From Eledone cirrhosa (Eukaryota), in NCBI GenBank assembly GCA_964016885.1, contig OZ024742.1:190588001-190652000 (forward strand): 64,000 nucleotides of DNA, read 5' to 3'. The position numbers were made by a program, and so were the translations under genes. Of the stretch, positions 26,204-38,400 are shown one piece after another. The notes beneath the pieces are model-generated. The model was given only the letters and a program-made list of their open reading frames with translations, made no database searches and had not been told where the DNA came from. Within the stretch, counting starts at the first letter, position 1. Every line of letters starts with the position of its first letter.

Positions 26204-26970
26204 CATATACATATACCCACACACACACATATACACATACACACATATATATATATATATATAAGCACTTTAATACATGAATACACTTACATCTAACTAT
26301 ACACATCAAACATATATATATATTTACTTATTTATATACATTTTCACATATATATACATACTTATGGACGTTTTTAGACACATTCATTATCGCATATTTG
26401 TACCTATTCTCATCAGCATATCTTTTTATTATTAGTATGGTAATTTAAGGTTATTAATATATGTTGAGAAGAGATTGTTTTTATATTTTTCTAACTAGAT
26501 TAAGGTTTATATAGTTGGGGGATGTCCCTCTTTTATGTAATATTCGGCTTGTAGTGGGAAAAAAGGGTTTTAGTTCTGTGACGGCAGAATAATGTTCGTT
26601 CAATTCTGTTATTCAGCAGTTTCTTCTTGTGTGTGATTATGTAATAAATCTCAAGATTACACAATTTGCAGAAATTTTGGCTCCTGGAAAAGCTTTGGGT
26701 TTTAGCTAATTTCTCCCATTTTAGGGTAAACTTTTGATTGCTATCCCTGAGCGTCCAAGCTTTTTCTGCTAAAGTTGTTACATTTCTTTGGCTCTGGTGT
26801 TTTATTGAGTAAGAATGCCTATACAATCGAGATTTAAACGATGTTGCCGTTGATCCCACGTGAGCTGATAATCTACTGTGTGTAATATTTATATTACAAC
26901 ACAACGGAAAATACTGTATATTTACCTCCTGTAAAGTCGAGCAACCCACACAGCAAACGCAACCACAACA

Positions 26971-29292
26971 ATGGAAAAACACTACCTGGATATGTCACTC
27001 AAAAACATACCAACCCAAGGTAGAAAGGAATATTTATTGAGCATGATTCAAAAAACTAATGAATTCATTCGACGTGTCAGGTGGAAAACGCTCCACTATG
27101 ATAGAAGCCGTATGAACTCAACATTAGAAAGTGGTGTAAACAACAAATTCGGTTTTAGGACTTGTAAAAACCCACCCACCAACCCACTATTAGATGCATT
27201 TGAGCAGGACCTTATGAACTTAATCCTTAAAATTAAATTCAAAGGACGCAACACCAACAGCAAATTACAGAAAGATATAAAAAAACTACTGGACGACCTT
27301 AAAAACACCAAAGGAATTGTAGTAAAAGCGGACAAAACATCAAACCTGTACACTATGGATTGCACTACATACAACAACTTCATTCGAAAAGAATTACATA
27401 AAAAATATAGAAAAACGAGTGAAGTAACCCTTAAGCACATCAATGATGAGGCATGCGAAATAGTGAAAAATCTCGGAATCGAAGATAGGACAGGACCACT
27501 CTTACCGGCGGTACCCACCTTCAATCTTAAGGACCACAAGGTAAACTTTGATAATGACCCTAAAATAAGATTAATCTGCCCCTCTAAATCAGATATAGGT
27601 AAAATAAGCAAATATATCTTAGATAGAATCATCCCCCAAATTAAGGCTAAGGTTAACATTAAACTCTGGGGGAAGACCCAAGAAGCAATAAGATGGTTTA
27701 ATAGCATTAGCAATAAGAATAAATCTAAGTTTATCCAGTTTGATATCGATGAATATTACTCATCGATATCACCTGAAACTTTGAATAGAGCCATTAAGTT
27801 TGCTAAGGATAACTCTGACCTTACAAACGATGAAATTAAGATTATATTAGAAGCTAGGAAAACTATAGTCAAATTTGAGAACAGTTATTGGGTACGTAAA
27901 GATAGACCCTCTAACTTTGACATAACAATGGGCTCTAACGATTCGGCGGAAATAACTGATATTGTGGGGTTATTTATCGCCTTTAGACTCCAGGAAAAAT
28001 TCAGCAATCTCCACGGCGGAATATACCGCGACGATGTTCTCCTCCTAGCTAAAAACCTTAATAACCAAAAACTAGAAAAACTACGCAAAGATATAAGAAA
28101 ACTACTACTCGAAATAGGACTAACTATAACATATGAATACAACCTTAAAGTAGTTAACTTCCTGGATGTCACACTCAATTTAAACTCTGGTTTGATTAAA
28201 CCGTTTCATAAATTGAATGAAAATCTCAAATACGTAAATGTTGGGTCTAACCACCCCATCTCTATAATTAAATCTATCCCTAAAAATATTTCCCTTAGAA
28301 TCTCGGGTCTATCTTCTAACATACAAGTATTTAAGGAACACGCCGAGTACTACGATAACGCCCTTAGTAAAGCAGGCTACCTCAACAAAATAGAGTACAT
28401 AGATGGGAACAATCAAAACACCCAAAATAAATCCCACATAGGTAGATATAATAACACAACACCAAACCACACTTACTACCATAGTAAGCACACCAGTAAA
28501 CCAACAAACAAAACTAATAGAAAGCGATGCAAAGAGTACTTATGGTATAACCCCGAATACAATAGCTCCATTAGTACAAATTTACCAGTACTCTTCTTTA
28601 AAATAATTAAAAGACATTTTCCCACATCACACAAATACCACAAAATCCTAAACCCTACCACTATAAGACTGTCATACTCTACAGCGTTAAACCTTGAACA
28701 ACACATAAAAAAGATCAATACTAGAAGGTTAAACGAAAACACTAAGAACTTAAGTACAAAGAACCCCCAAAAAACAGTAGACAATACACTACAGAACATA
28801 AATAAACCACACCTAAGTTCGTCCGCAATACTACTCCAGAGAAAACCCAACGTACACAACTGTAACTGCACCTATCCTGACAACTGCCCCCTCGGCAATA
28901 ACTGCCTGGAAAAAAATATTATTTATAAGTGTACCATTAAATCCGGAGGCAACGAGTGGTATTACGTGGGATCAACGGCAACATCGTTTAAATCTCGATT
29001 GTATAGGCATTCTTACTCAATAAAACACCAGAGCCAAAGAAATGTAACAACTTTAGCAGAAAAAGCTTGGACGCTCAGGGATAGCAATCAAAAGTTTACC
29101 CTAAAATGGGAGAAATTAGCTAAAACCCAAAGCTTTTCCAGGAGCCAAAATTTCTGCAAATTGTGTAATCTTGAGATTTATTACATAATCACACACAAGA
29201 AGAAACTGCTGAATAACAGAATTGAACGAACATTATTCTGCCGTCACAGAACTAAAACCCTTTTTTCCCACTACAAGCCGAATATTACATAA
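26971..29292 (+). CDS. PLE reverse transcriptase plus GIY-YIG endonuclease, 773 aa (Naiad-like)
   Basis: SLKNIP..FIRRVRWK N-terminus; KADKT; QFDIDEYYSSI; DITMGS; GIYRDD; NFLDVTL; CNC..CPL..C linker; IIY..YVG..FKSRL..H; CKLC..E..LLN.R..CRH. No internal stops. Confidence 0.95.
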   Translation: MEKHYLDMSLKNIPTQGRKEYLLSMIQKTNEFIRRVRWKTLHYDRSRMNSTLESGVNNKFGFRTCKNPPTNPLLDAFEQDLMNLILKIKFKGRNTNSKLQKDIKKLLDDLKNTKGIVVKADKTSNLYTMDCTTYNNFIRKELHKKYRKTSEVTLKHINDEACEIVKNLGIEDRTGPLLPAVPTFNLKDHKVNFDNDPKIRLICPSKSDIGKISKYILDRIIPQIKAKVNIKLWGKTQEAIRWFNSISNKNKSKFIQFDIDEYYSSISPETLNRAIKFAKDNSDLTNDEIKIILEARKTIVKFENSYWVRKDRPSNFDITMGSNDSAEITDIVGLFIAFRLQEKFSNLHGGIYRDDVLLLAKNLNNQKLEKLRKDIRKLLLEIGLTITYEYNLKVVNFLDVTLNLNSGLIKPFHKLNENLKYVNVGSNHPISIIKSIPKNISLRISGLSSNIQVFKEHAEYYDNALSKAGYLNKIEYIDGNNQNTQNKSHIGRYNNTTPNHTYYHSKHTSKPTNKTNRKRCKEYLWYNPEYNSSISTNLPVLFFKIIKRHFPTSHKYHKILNPTTIRLSYSTALNLEQHIKKINTRRLNENTKNLSTKNPQKTVDNTLQNINKPHLSSSAILLQRKPNVHNCNCTYPDNCPLGNNCLEKNIIYKCTIKSGGNEWYYVGSTATSFKSRLYRHSYSIKHQSQRNVTTLAEKAWTLRDSNQKFTLKWEKLAKTQSFSRSQNFCKLCNLEIYYIITHKKKLLNNRIERTLFCRHRTKTLFSHYKPNIT

Positions 29293-29621
29293 AAGAGGGA
29301 CATCCCCCAACTATATAAACCTTAATCTAGTTAGAAAAATATAAAAACAATCTCTTCTCAACATATATTAATAACCTTAAATTACCATACTAATAATGAA
29401 AAGATATGCTGATGAGAATAGGTACAAATATGCGATAATGAATGTGTCTAAAAACGTCCATAAGTATGTATATATATGTGAAAATGTATATAAATAAGTA
29501 AATATATATATATGTTTGATGTGTATAGTTAGATGTAAGTGTATTCATGTATTAAAGTGCTTATATATATATATATATATGTGTGTATGTGTATATGTGT
29601 GTGTGTGGGTATATGTATATG

Positions 29622-29686
<65 letters not shown>

Positions 29687-30276
29687 GTGTATGTATATAT
29701 ATATATATGTATATGTGTATGTATGTATGTGTATGTGGATGTGTATGTATGCGTATGTGTGTACACATGGACTAGAGTATGTATGTATATATGTGTGTGT
29801 CTATACGTGTGTATATATAAAGATAAGTTGAGTATGAAAATGTATACACATGAGCGCGTATGTATGTACATGAATACATGTGTGTATATATATGTGTATG
29901 CATGTGTATATATATGTAAGTATGAATATGTGAATTGTGAGTATATGTATTTTGTAGAGGTGTGCAAATATATTTGTGTGAATGCGTGGGTGAAAGAATA
30001 CGTACACTTGAAAGAAAAATTTAAGTCTGAATGTTAAGTGCAAACACAAAACCAACCACGCATATCTTTACTATCTCTAATCCTTCTATAGATTTAGAAA
30101 AATAACCAATAATATATTCCATAAAAAATGTCAAAACAACAGATGGGAATCTAATTACCCACTGCCACCAAGAATTCTCACTGCTATCGAAAAACCACTC
30201 CTTCAACTATTCTTCTAACAACTTCACCCCTCCCTCCTAATATTCTCTATAAAAACTAAATAGGTCCTCAGTAATA

Positions 30277-30393
30277 TTATTCTGATGAAATGACAGTAAA
30301 TAATAACATTGAAATATTGAATGTCTGCATAACTAAAAGTTTGTAGATAGCTGTTTTAGGTTATGTAACTGTTATAGAAACACGTGTCAATAA
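30277..30393 (+). ncRNA. Type I hammerhead ribozyme with extended stem II
   Basis: TTATT-CTGATGA-AATGACAGT..(~70 nt)..ACTGTTATA-GAAAC-ACGT-GTC-AATAA; canonical GUC triplet and palindromic loop III. Confidence 0.88.
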
Positions 30394-30427
30394 ATTCCTT
30401 TCAACTAAACTGTATCCATTCAAATCT

Positions 30428-30472
<45 letters not shown>

Positions 30473-30493
30473 CATATATATACATATATATAT

Positions 30494-30554
30494 ATTTATT
30501 ATAAGAACAGATTAAAGTGAAGCAAAGAATCAGTGCTTTCACCCTTAACGGGTT

Positions 30555-30555
<1 letters not shown>
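30494..30555. repeat. Fragment of PLE family H terminal sequence
   Basis: ACAGATTAAAGT..AAGCAAAGAATC..TGCTTTCACCCTTAACGGG is also at 50790-50850, at 53725-53790, and inverted at 52010-52075. Confidence 0.75.
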
Positions 30556-30635
<80 letters not shown>

Positions 30636-30639
<4 letters not shown>

Positions 30640-30916
30640 CACAGAAAAAAGAGAATCAGTTTTGCGACGAAAGGAATTTATTGGACATATGACAAATGTT
30701 GCTCGAGACACATCTGATGACCGTGTTGATTTCAGAGTGATAAGAATATCGATCGTGCCTTGAGCTGGTCGCCCGAGAAACATTTGTAATATGTCCAATA
30801 AATTCCTTTCGTCGCAACACTGACTCTCTTTTTTCTGTGATATCATACTCTGCTCTACGAGAGCATTGAGTGCTCATACGGTCTACCGCATACGGACGCT
30901 TTAAGCATCCAACACC

Positions 30917-30918
<2 letters not shown>
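30636..30918 (+). mobile_element. Fold-back mini-element with central HHR
   Basis: ~63-bp arms 30636-30700/30779-30843; HHR GACACAT-CTGATGA-..-GAAAC-ATTT-GTA-ATATGTC at 30707-30796; (TA)n on both sides. Confidence 0.75.
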
Positions 30919-30971
<53 letters not shown>

Positions 30972-30972
<1 letters not shown>

Positions 30973-31556
30973 TATTAATAATGAGTTCAAATCTCAGGTA
31001 GTCCTTTACAATGAAATAGCTCAAAGAAAGAAGTATTTCTGAGCTGTGTAATACAAGTTAATATAAATTAATATATTTGTTTCTACTTTAGGCACAAGGC
31101 CAGCAATTACCCAGTGCATTACTGGTACTTTATTTTATCGACCCCGTAAGGATGAAAGGCAAAGTCAACCTCGGCGGGATTTGAACTCAGATCGTAAAGG
31201 ACGTAACTATGCTGGAAAGCATGGCGTCCGAGCCTCTACCGATACTGCTAATCCACTGCTGAGCAGATAGAAATGCGGTATTCTTTCACTTTCATTTTTC
31301 GAAACTTATTTGGATTTTAAGGTTTAAACCAGTCTAATGAACAGGTTTGATTTTGAAATTTAAATTTGTCCAAGCACCACGGCCATTTGCCAATATACTT
31401 TGTTTTTATTGATTTATTATTTTAAATCGAGACAGGCAAACTGTATTATTATAATTAGTATTTTTCAATCTAGCTAACTTAGTCATTTACAATACAAACA
31501 TGTATATGGTGGTATTTGTGTTTATCAAATATATTAATTTATATTAACTTGTATAT
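30972..31556. mobile_element. Family G fold-back element interrupted by a SINE
   Basis: Homologous to 24351-25228; inverted repeat TACAAGTTAATATAAATTAATATATTTG (31052-31079) / 31526-31553. Confidence 0.7.
31078..31258 (-). mobile_element. Meta-type SINE
   Basis: Matches the SINE consensus in reverse complement. Confidence 0.85.
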
Positions 31557-31639
31557 ATATATATAATCAACCTTTTCAAATACAAGTCGATGTTGTTACG
31601 GTATGTCGAATCTATTTATCTATAGAACTGTTTATATTG

Positions 31640-31705
31640 TATTTTGTCTGAGGAAGGCATAGCATATTGTTAATATGATATCCCTGAAATATATATAATG
31701 AAATA
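31640..31705 (+). ncRNA. Type I hammerhead ribozyme
   Basis: TATTTTGT-CTGAGGA-AGGCATAGCATATT..AATATGATATCCCT-GAAAT-ATAT-ATA-ATGAAATA; stem I pairs fully when G-U is allowed. Confidence 0.75.
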
Positions 31706-31742
31706 AATATGGTTTTATAAATATAGTTTCCATTTATTTAAT

Positions 31743-31809
<67 letters not shown>

Positions 31810-32072
31810 CAATTTAGATTTAACCGTAGTGTTTGTCTGTTTGTCGGCCTGTGTGTACACGTGCAAGTGAAGGATTGTGTGCGTGTGGGGATGTCTGTGT
31901 GTTTACTGATGGAGTAATGAATTTAGTTTTCAAAGTGATCAATAGCATAGCTAATTTGCTATAATAAATTAGAATTGAATAATCTATTTTAACAAAATAA
32001 AAATAAATAAATAAAACGAAAAAAATATTCGGGCTTTTATATTTCGTATTTTCGTATTTTCATTTTAAATGG

Positions 32073-32103
<31 letters not shown>

Positions 32104-32378
32104 AAATAGTAATAATGATAATATATAAAAATATTAATAATATATGAAAATAATATTAGTGATTTCAGTTCAAAAGCATGAGTAAGTGGTTGCCATTTCT
32201 TTATATCTACTCATGAAAAATCCCTGTAGCTAGTTTTCCATTTACTTTTTTACTTCTTAATATATCTTGTTGAAACTTAATTTTGCCGGAAGCTAACATT
32301 TTTACCGCTTCTCAAAGATTTCCGGACAATATTGCTTCTTAAGATATATTTACATAATTTCACATTAACAATAATAAA

Positions 32379-32418
<40 letters not shown>

Positions 32419-32675
32419 TTAATAATAATGTTTTCTTTATTAATCACAAGGGTTTACATAAAGTAGACATTAAGGACAGTACAGGACAATACAGGACGGT
32501 ACAAATGGGCATTTCTGCGTGTAAAAAAAAAACAGAGGATGTAATAAAATAACAAAGAAAAATTCCCCAATAGGGGGGAGACTTCCGAGGGACACTTGTG
32601 GAGAAAGCCCATTAAAAGACCACAGTGACCCTGACCACCAGGGCAAGTGCCCTCTCCCAGTTTTCCACCTTTAAT

Positions 32676-35600
32676 TTACAGATATATACTCAGAGTAGGC
32701 CCATTCACTCGGGCCATTCTTGCTTCTCTCACCCATCTTTCAACAAAATGCTGGGAAGAGGACACTTCCCTTTCTACCCTGATTTTCCTTTTCAAATAAA
32801 ATTTGAAAAAGTCAATCAGGGCATCACCGTAGAGGTAAGTGCTCGTCTTCAGCCCTTTCAAACGTGTCCACTATACTATCTCTTTCGCCATGGCCACCAG
32901 ACAGATAAAAACTTCCTGCTCTTCCCGGCTAAAGGAAGAGGGCGGGGCATTCCTCACGATTGACTCAGCTGATAGCTGGATCCGTCCTACACGTGACAGC
33001 AGGTGTTCGACATAAACCCACAAGTCAGCAATGCTCGGACACTGGACGAGTGCGTGCAGGACGGTTTCGTCGCCCTGCGCGCATCTCGGACATACCCGGC
33101 TGACGGCACCTCCATACCTGTAGAGTTTATCCCGAACTGGCAAAGCTCCCCGGTAGCACTGCCAGGCCAGGGATTTCTGTAAGTTGTCCATAGGCCCCGA
33201 CCCGAAAGTCCTTCCGAAGAGATTGGCTAGTTGATTTTCGTCGACGCCTAGAGTTTCTCGAAGTACGTCGTAGCTCTTTCCCTCCACTAATCCTCTATAG
33301 AACGCCAAGGTAGAGTTTCCACCGATCACATTGCCCGATTGGTCGAGGGCTGTGAGCGCCTGAAGACATTCCAGTCTCCAAGCGCTCCCTCTCGGTCTTC
33401 GCTTGACCCAAGGAAGACGAGCTGGGGAAAGACGTGTCTAGCAAACGGCGACTACACCTGTTCACCGTCGAGGAATAGGTGGAGATGTCGTAGCCTGAGC
33501 GCGTGTCTGCGCATCATCAGCCACGGCATTCCCAGCCCTCCACGTAGCTGGTGTTGACAGAAGATGGACCGCCTGACCATCGGAGCGCGTCCCTTCCACA
33601 AAAAGCGAAAGAGCAAACGCTCAAGCGCAGTCAGGCGGGGCTTAGGACAAGGTACGACGGTAAGGCGGTAGTAGATGACGGACGCGATGTACGCGTTAGC
33701 CACCTCCGCTCGACCTTTCAGGGATAGCTTCCTCTCCGCCCATTTCTGGGTGAGAGAAGCCACCCTGTTCGTCACCTCGTCCCAGTTTTTGTCCGTCTGG
33801 AGATCCGGACCTAACCAGATCCCTAGCAATTTAACCGGTCCGTCCGTCCAGCGCCCGATGACGCTGTTGGACGGCATGGACCTGCCTCTCCAGGTGCCGA
33901 GCTGCAGGCCCACTGACCTTTCCTGGTTGATCATTGCTCCTGTCACCGCTTCGTATTCTATTAGTGTAGTGCCGTTCGACACCACTACGGTGACATCGTC
34001 CGCATATGCTGACACGGATCTTCCGCATCCTAGTCGCGCGGGACCCCCCTCAACGTCTCCAGTTTGTGCAGTAATGGCTCGAGAGTCAATACGTACAAGA
34101 GGGACGAGAGGGGACATCCTTGGTGGACCGAGCGCATGATGTTGAACGGTTCCGAAAGGTGACCGTTCACTCTCACCACAGAGCAGATGTCGCTGTGCAT
34201 GGCAGCCATCCAGCCTCTGAAGACGTGCCCAAAGCCAGCCGCCCTCAGGACTGCCGCTAGGTAACGATGGTCGACCCTATCGAATGCTTCGACTGATCTA
34301 ACTTGATCAAGGACCCACCCATGCCAGGTTCCCTAGCTACCCTCTCTACGATGTATCGCATGAGGTGGAGGTTGTCGTGGATGGATCTGTCGGGAATGGC
34401 GCATGTCTGCGCCTCTCCCACCAGACCACCAACGACAAACGCCAACCTCTTTGCTAGCACCTTGGCCAAAATCTTGAACTCTGTGTTTAGCAGAGTTATG
34501 GGCCTAAAATTGTCTATGTTATCCCCCTTGTTCGGATCCTTTCTCAGCAACGCCACAGCTCCTCGGCTCACAGAGCTGGGAATTTTCCCGTTCTGTTGCC
34601 AGTTGCAGTAGACGTCCGCCAAGAGGCCTCCGAACAAGTCTGGCATCTGTACGTAAAGTTCATAGGGCAGACCATCCAAACCAGGCGCTTTACCTCTCGT
34701 GCATCCAGTCATTGCCTCCCGTACTTCAGTGGCTGTTATCGCAGTGGCTGTTTTCGCAACACTCCGCCTCAGTGGCCCAGAGCCGCGGCAGTCCGTCGAG
34801 ATGGACACTAAAGTCCATCCCTCGATCCGGCCCGCCGCTGCCCCCGAACAGCTGAGCGAAGTGTCGCTGAAAAGCTTCACACATTTGCCCGGGATCGAGT
34901 AGCATGCGCCCGCCGTGGTCCACCAAAGGCCGGAACGTAGTTTGTTGCCACGACGCGCCTCCGCCACTCGGGCCCATTGAACGGCTTTCATCCCCTCGTG
35001 TCTGAGAGCACGCACCCTAGCTCTGACAACGCAGCCTTCGTGCTTTGCATTGAAGAATTGGTCAAGGGCCAATTTCGCCGCAAGTACGTCGGTCGCGATG
35101 CCTTTGCTAAGCGCCTCGTCTAATTTTCTAACTAATTCTCCCTCTGCTCTATTTTTCTCTATTGCTAAAGCCTTACTAAACCTAATGGACTGTAATCTAA
35201 TTGCTCTTTTCAGAGCAAACCACCACCTGTTGACGATGGCCTCCGTCAACGCTCGCTTAACTAGTTCGCTAATCCGGTCTCTGTAGGCCTTGCGCGCTGG
35301 TAAGGACGCGTTTAGCTTCCAGTAGCCGGGTCCTCGTCTATGAAGCCTATCTAAGTCAAGCACAGAGATTACGAATTTGTGGTGCGTGTAGCAGACTATC
35401 TTGAATTGTGGACAGCCTATGCTAGACCTATCTATTTCCCTACAAAATACTCTATCTAGATATGATCTGGATGACCCTATGCGATTTGTCCAAGTCCACA
35501 TTGGCACATTCGGGAAATACAATCGTTACCTGTCAGACAGTTCAAAACGCCTGAGCAGGTTGGTGAGACTCCTGCACCCTCCTCCTCTATCCACTAAACC

Positions 35601-36055
35601 CACACAGTCCCAGCGTGCATCTAGGATCCCGTTCCAATCGCCCATTAACACTAAAGAGCGGGACGTTCCAAGAAAGGTCTCCAGACCCGGAAGAAATCAG
35701 GCCGCCCTGCTCCTGTCGGGCATAGACGGCCAGTAACCTGAAAGCTTGCCCGTCTCCGCTGGTCACGTCCAGCACTACCAACTTACTTTCTGGGTCCAGG
35801 AAGATGGCCCGTATGGTAAGATCCAAACCTCTCCGAAAGAGCACAGCAACTCCTACCCCGATCCCGGACGGCTGGGAGATGCGTACACATCGTAGCAGCC
35901 GAAGATCGGTACGAAGGCCCGTGCTTCGGAGATTCTGGTCTCGCTGATGGCCACTACATCTATGTTAGTGACCTGAGGTCGTTGAGCAGGTGGCCCTGCT
36001 TCCATGACGACCCCAAGCCACGCGCATTTATGCTGCCTATTCTGAGTGAGGTCAT
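32676..36055 (-). pseudogene. Tx1-like ORF2 (APE endonuclease plus RT), several frameshifts
   Basis: MTSLRIGSINARGL, ISETR, SYLDR, GPGYWKLN, KAPGLDGLP, FRPITLLN, LDQSK(AFDR), SAYADDVT, CPRC...ETVLHAL..C. Confidence 0.9.
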
Positions 36056-36206
36056 GTTGAAATGGAGTGGAAAATATGGGAAAGACCACTTACCTTACTT
36101 CTCGTAGAGGAAGGACGGTTTCTCCATCCTTATAAATCCTCCTGGAGAGTGCTTGTCGGAAGTCTCCGATGTCTTTGGGGAATTTTTGTTTTAGTGTCAT
36201 GTACGT

Positions 36207-37980
36207 TTACTGTGTGATGTGTGTGATTTGTATGTGTGGAAGTGGTGTGAATTTTTGGGTTGTTGTGTAGTCTTTTTCAGTGATGCTGGTGTTGTGTTGG
36301 ATGTAGTGTAATAATTGGTTGTTGTTCAAATTTAATGCTGTGTAGTGTGTATCGTTTTGGTTGTTTTGTTTTGTTTGCGTTTGTTGTGGGTTTGTTTCTG
36401 TTTCGCATTTTGGTGACTTTTCTGGTGTAGGTGGTGGTGGTGTTGGGGTTAATGATGGTGATGGTGTTGGTGTTGGGGTTAATGATGGTGATGGTGTTGG
36501 TGTTTGGGGTGATGGGGTTGGTGATGCTGGTGTGGATGGTGGCATGTCTGTCCTAACTTTTTTGTTTGATAGTTTATTTGTTTCCCTCTGTATTTTGTTT
36601 TTGGAGGGGGAAGGAAGAGAATTTTTTCTTTTTTGGTTTCTTTTTTTCTTTTTTCCTGATACCGTTACCCACTCTTCGTCGTCACAATCTGTCTCCAGTT
36701 GTGATAGGCCGGGGAGTGGAAAATCCTCCACTGGCGTTAGTTTTGGTTGTGGCGTGGTGGATGGTGTAGGCGCTGGTGCTAGTTCTGAAGCGTTGGGTGT
36801 TGGTGGTGTTGGTTTTGGTACTATTGCTGGGTTTGTTGCTGTTATAGTTGCTTCTGTTGTTGCTGCTACAGTTGTTGCTGCCATCTCTGCTGCTGGTCGT
36901 GTTGATGGTTGAGTCACTGGGGTGGGTAGGAGAGGTGGCCTCAACCTTTTATCCTGAGGGCAGAAAGCCCTTAGGTGGGTTCCTTCACCACAAACGACAC
37001 ACCTAGGCCTTCTACCCTCGACAATTACGGTGAGGTGGCTGCCGTCAGTGAAGTCTATTACCTCTGGGATCTCCTCAATGCTTTTCTGGTCCGCTTGGAT
37101 CAGGAGCTCCATCCCAGATCCGTACCAGTTCTCTTGCTTTTCTTTCGCTATTGCTATTATCTTGGTGTTGGCTTCGATGCCGGCGAGGACGGCAGCTATT
37201 AGCCAGGGAATTTCGATGGCCGGTGGAACGTGGGTCACCCTGAACTTTACGAGTCTCTGGCCACAATAGCTTGGGACGAGTGTGAAGTCGTCACATCTTA
37301 ATTGGGCCATGGAGTGTTCTCTAGCCTCCTCTGGTGTTTCAAAGAACACGTCCACGGTTCCATACTTCTGCCCACGTCTGATGTGGGTTTTTTTTGCCCA
37401 CACATGTCCCAAAGCTTTTTGGATTTGGGACTCGGATGCCCGTTCCACTCGGCGCGATTTTACATTAATCGTTCGATAAGACACGGTGCATAGGCGCCGA
37501 TGCTCCATTCTATTAGGTGCGGGGTGGGTGGGTGAGGTTGACCCTGTACCCAACTTTCTTTACCATTTTTTTGGCATCTTCTAATTCCTCCTGAGTTACC
37601 TGAAATGCTTCGCACTGTTTTGCTACTCTGGCAAAACTCGGGGTGGTTTTCTTAATGTCATTGTTGCTGTTGTTGTTATCGTTATTTTTGTTATTATTAA
37701 TTTTAGTTTCAGTTGTGGTGGTGTTCGGTGTGGAAGAGTTCATTTTGGTTAAATTCATTTCGACATCACGAGTGGTGGTGGTGGTGGTGGCGGCTTTAAC
37801 TCCTGCAGTCATTGGTAATGGCGGGAAATGAATGTCTGCCTGAGACAAATTTAAAATATTGCTACTGCTTATATTTTTTTTAGTGTTGGCAAACGTAGTA
37901 ATATTTACAATGGTGGTGTCGGTGTGATGTGTTAGTTTGTGAGGAAGGCTGTCAGCTTCGTGTGGCTGTGAGTCGTTCAC
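36207..37980 (-). pseudogene. Tx1-like ORF1 (gag-like, zinc knuckle, Pro/Thr-rich tail), one frameshift near 37520
   Basis: SFARVAK, VEGRRPRCVVCGEGTHLRAFCP (CX2CX4HX4C), EWVTVSGKKKKR. Confidence 0.8.
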
Positions 37981-38194
37981 GTTTTTTTCAAAGAAAGTTT
38001 TTTTTTGATAATTATAAAAGTTTAAATTTTGGGCTCAAGGCCCCAATCTTTTTGAGTGTCCTTTTCGGAAAACAATGTATGTGCACTTATATACAGTTGA
38101 CAATAAAAATTTTCCATAAATGTCAATTTTAAACAAACGAAAACAACAAACCTTTGCGGAGCTCACGATGATACGATTTACTACGTAGGTCGCC

Positions 38195-38237
<43 letters not shown>

Positions 38238-38241
<4 letters not shown>

Positions 38242-38315
38242 GGTAGTGGCTTGATATTCATTTCAACAAACTTTCCAGTTAACTAACATCAATGACTGAG
38301 ACTCATAGAACAATA
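38238..38315 (+). mobile_element. Extreme 3' tail of the Dong/R4 element (copy of 40533-40605)
   Basis: AGGTAGTGGCTTGATATTCATTTCAACAAACTTTCC..AGAAC(AAT)n occurs at both positions. Confidence 0.8.
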
Positions 38316-38355
38316 ATAATAATAATGATTTCATTTATTATCCACAAGAGCCGAC

Positions 38356-38399
<44 letters not shown>

Positions 38400-38400
<1 letters not shown>

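Larger units (their letters stand above)
25272..30433 (+). mobile_element. Intact Penelope-like retroelement (Naiad type) with inverted pseudo-LTR
   Basis: Single RT plus GIY-YIG ORF; 25384-26861 is a near-perfect reverse complement of 28964-30433; 25272-25332 inverts 26858-26918; both ends join (TA)n. Confidence 0.93.
32428..38194 (-). mobile_element. Full-length, frameshifted Tx1/L1-clade LINE inserted in (AAT)n
   Basis: ORF1 and ORF2 remnants (below); AATAAA near the 3' end; long (AAT)n tracts on both flanks. Confidence 0.9.

Noticed and set aside
26533-26982. 149-aa minus-strand ORF ending in GIY-YIG sequence
   Set aside because: A chimera of antisense leader sequence and the inverted pLTR copy of the main ORF's end; not an independent gene.
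26971-30270. Selenoprotein/SECIS in the intact Naiad-type element
   Set aside because: The ORF has no in-frame TGA and ends in TAA; no SECIS recognised by eye.
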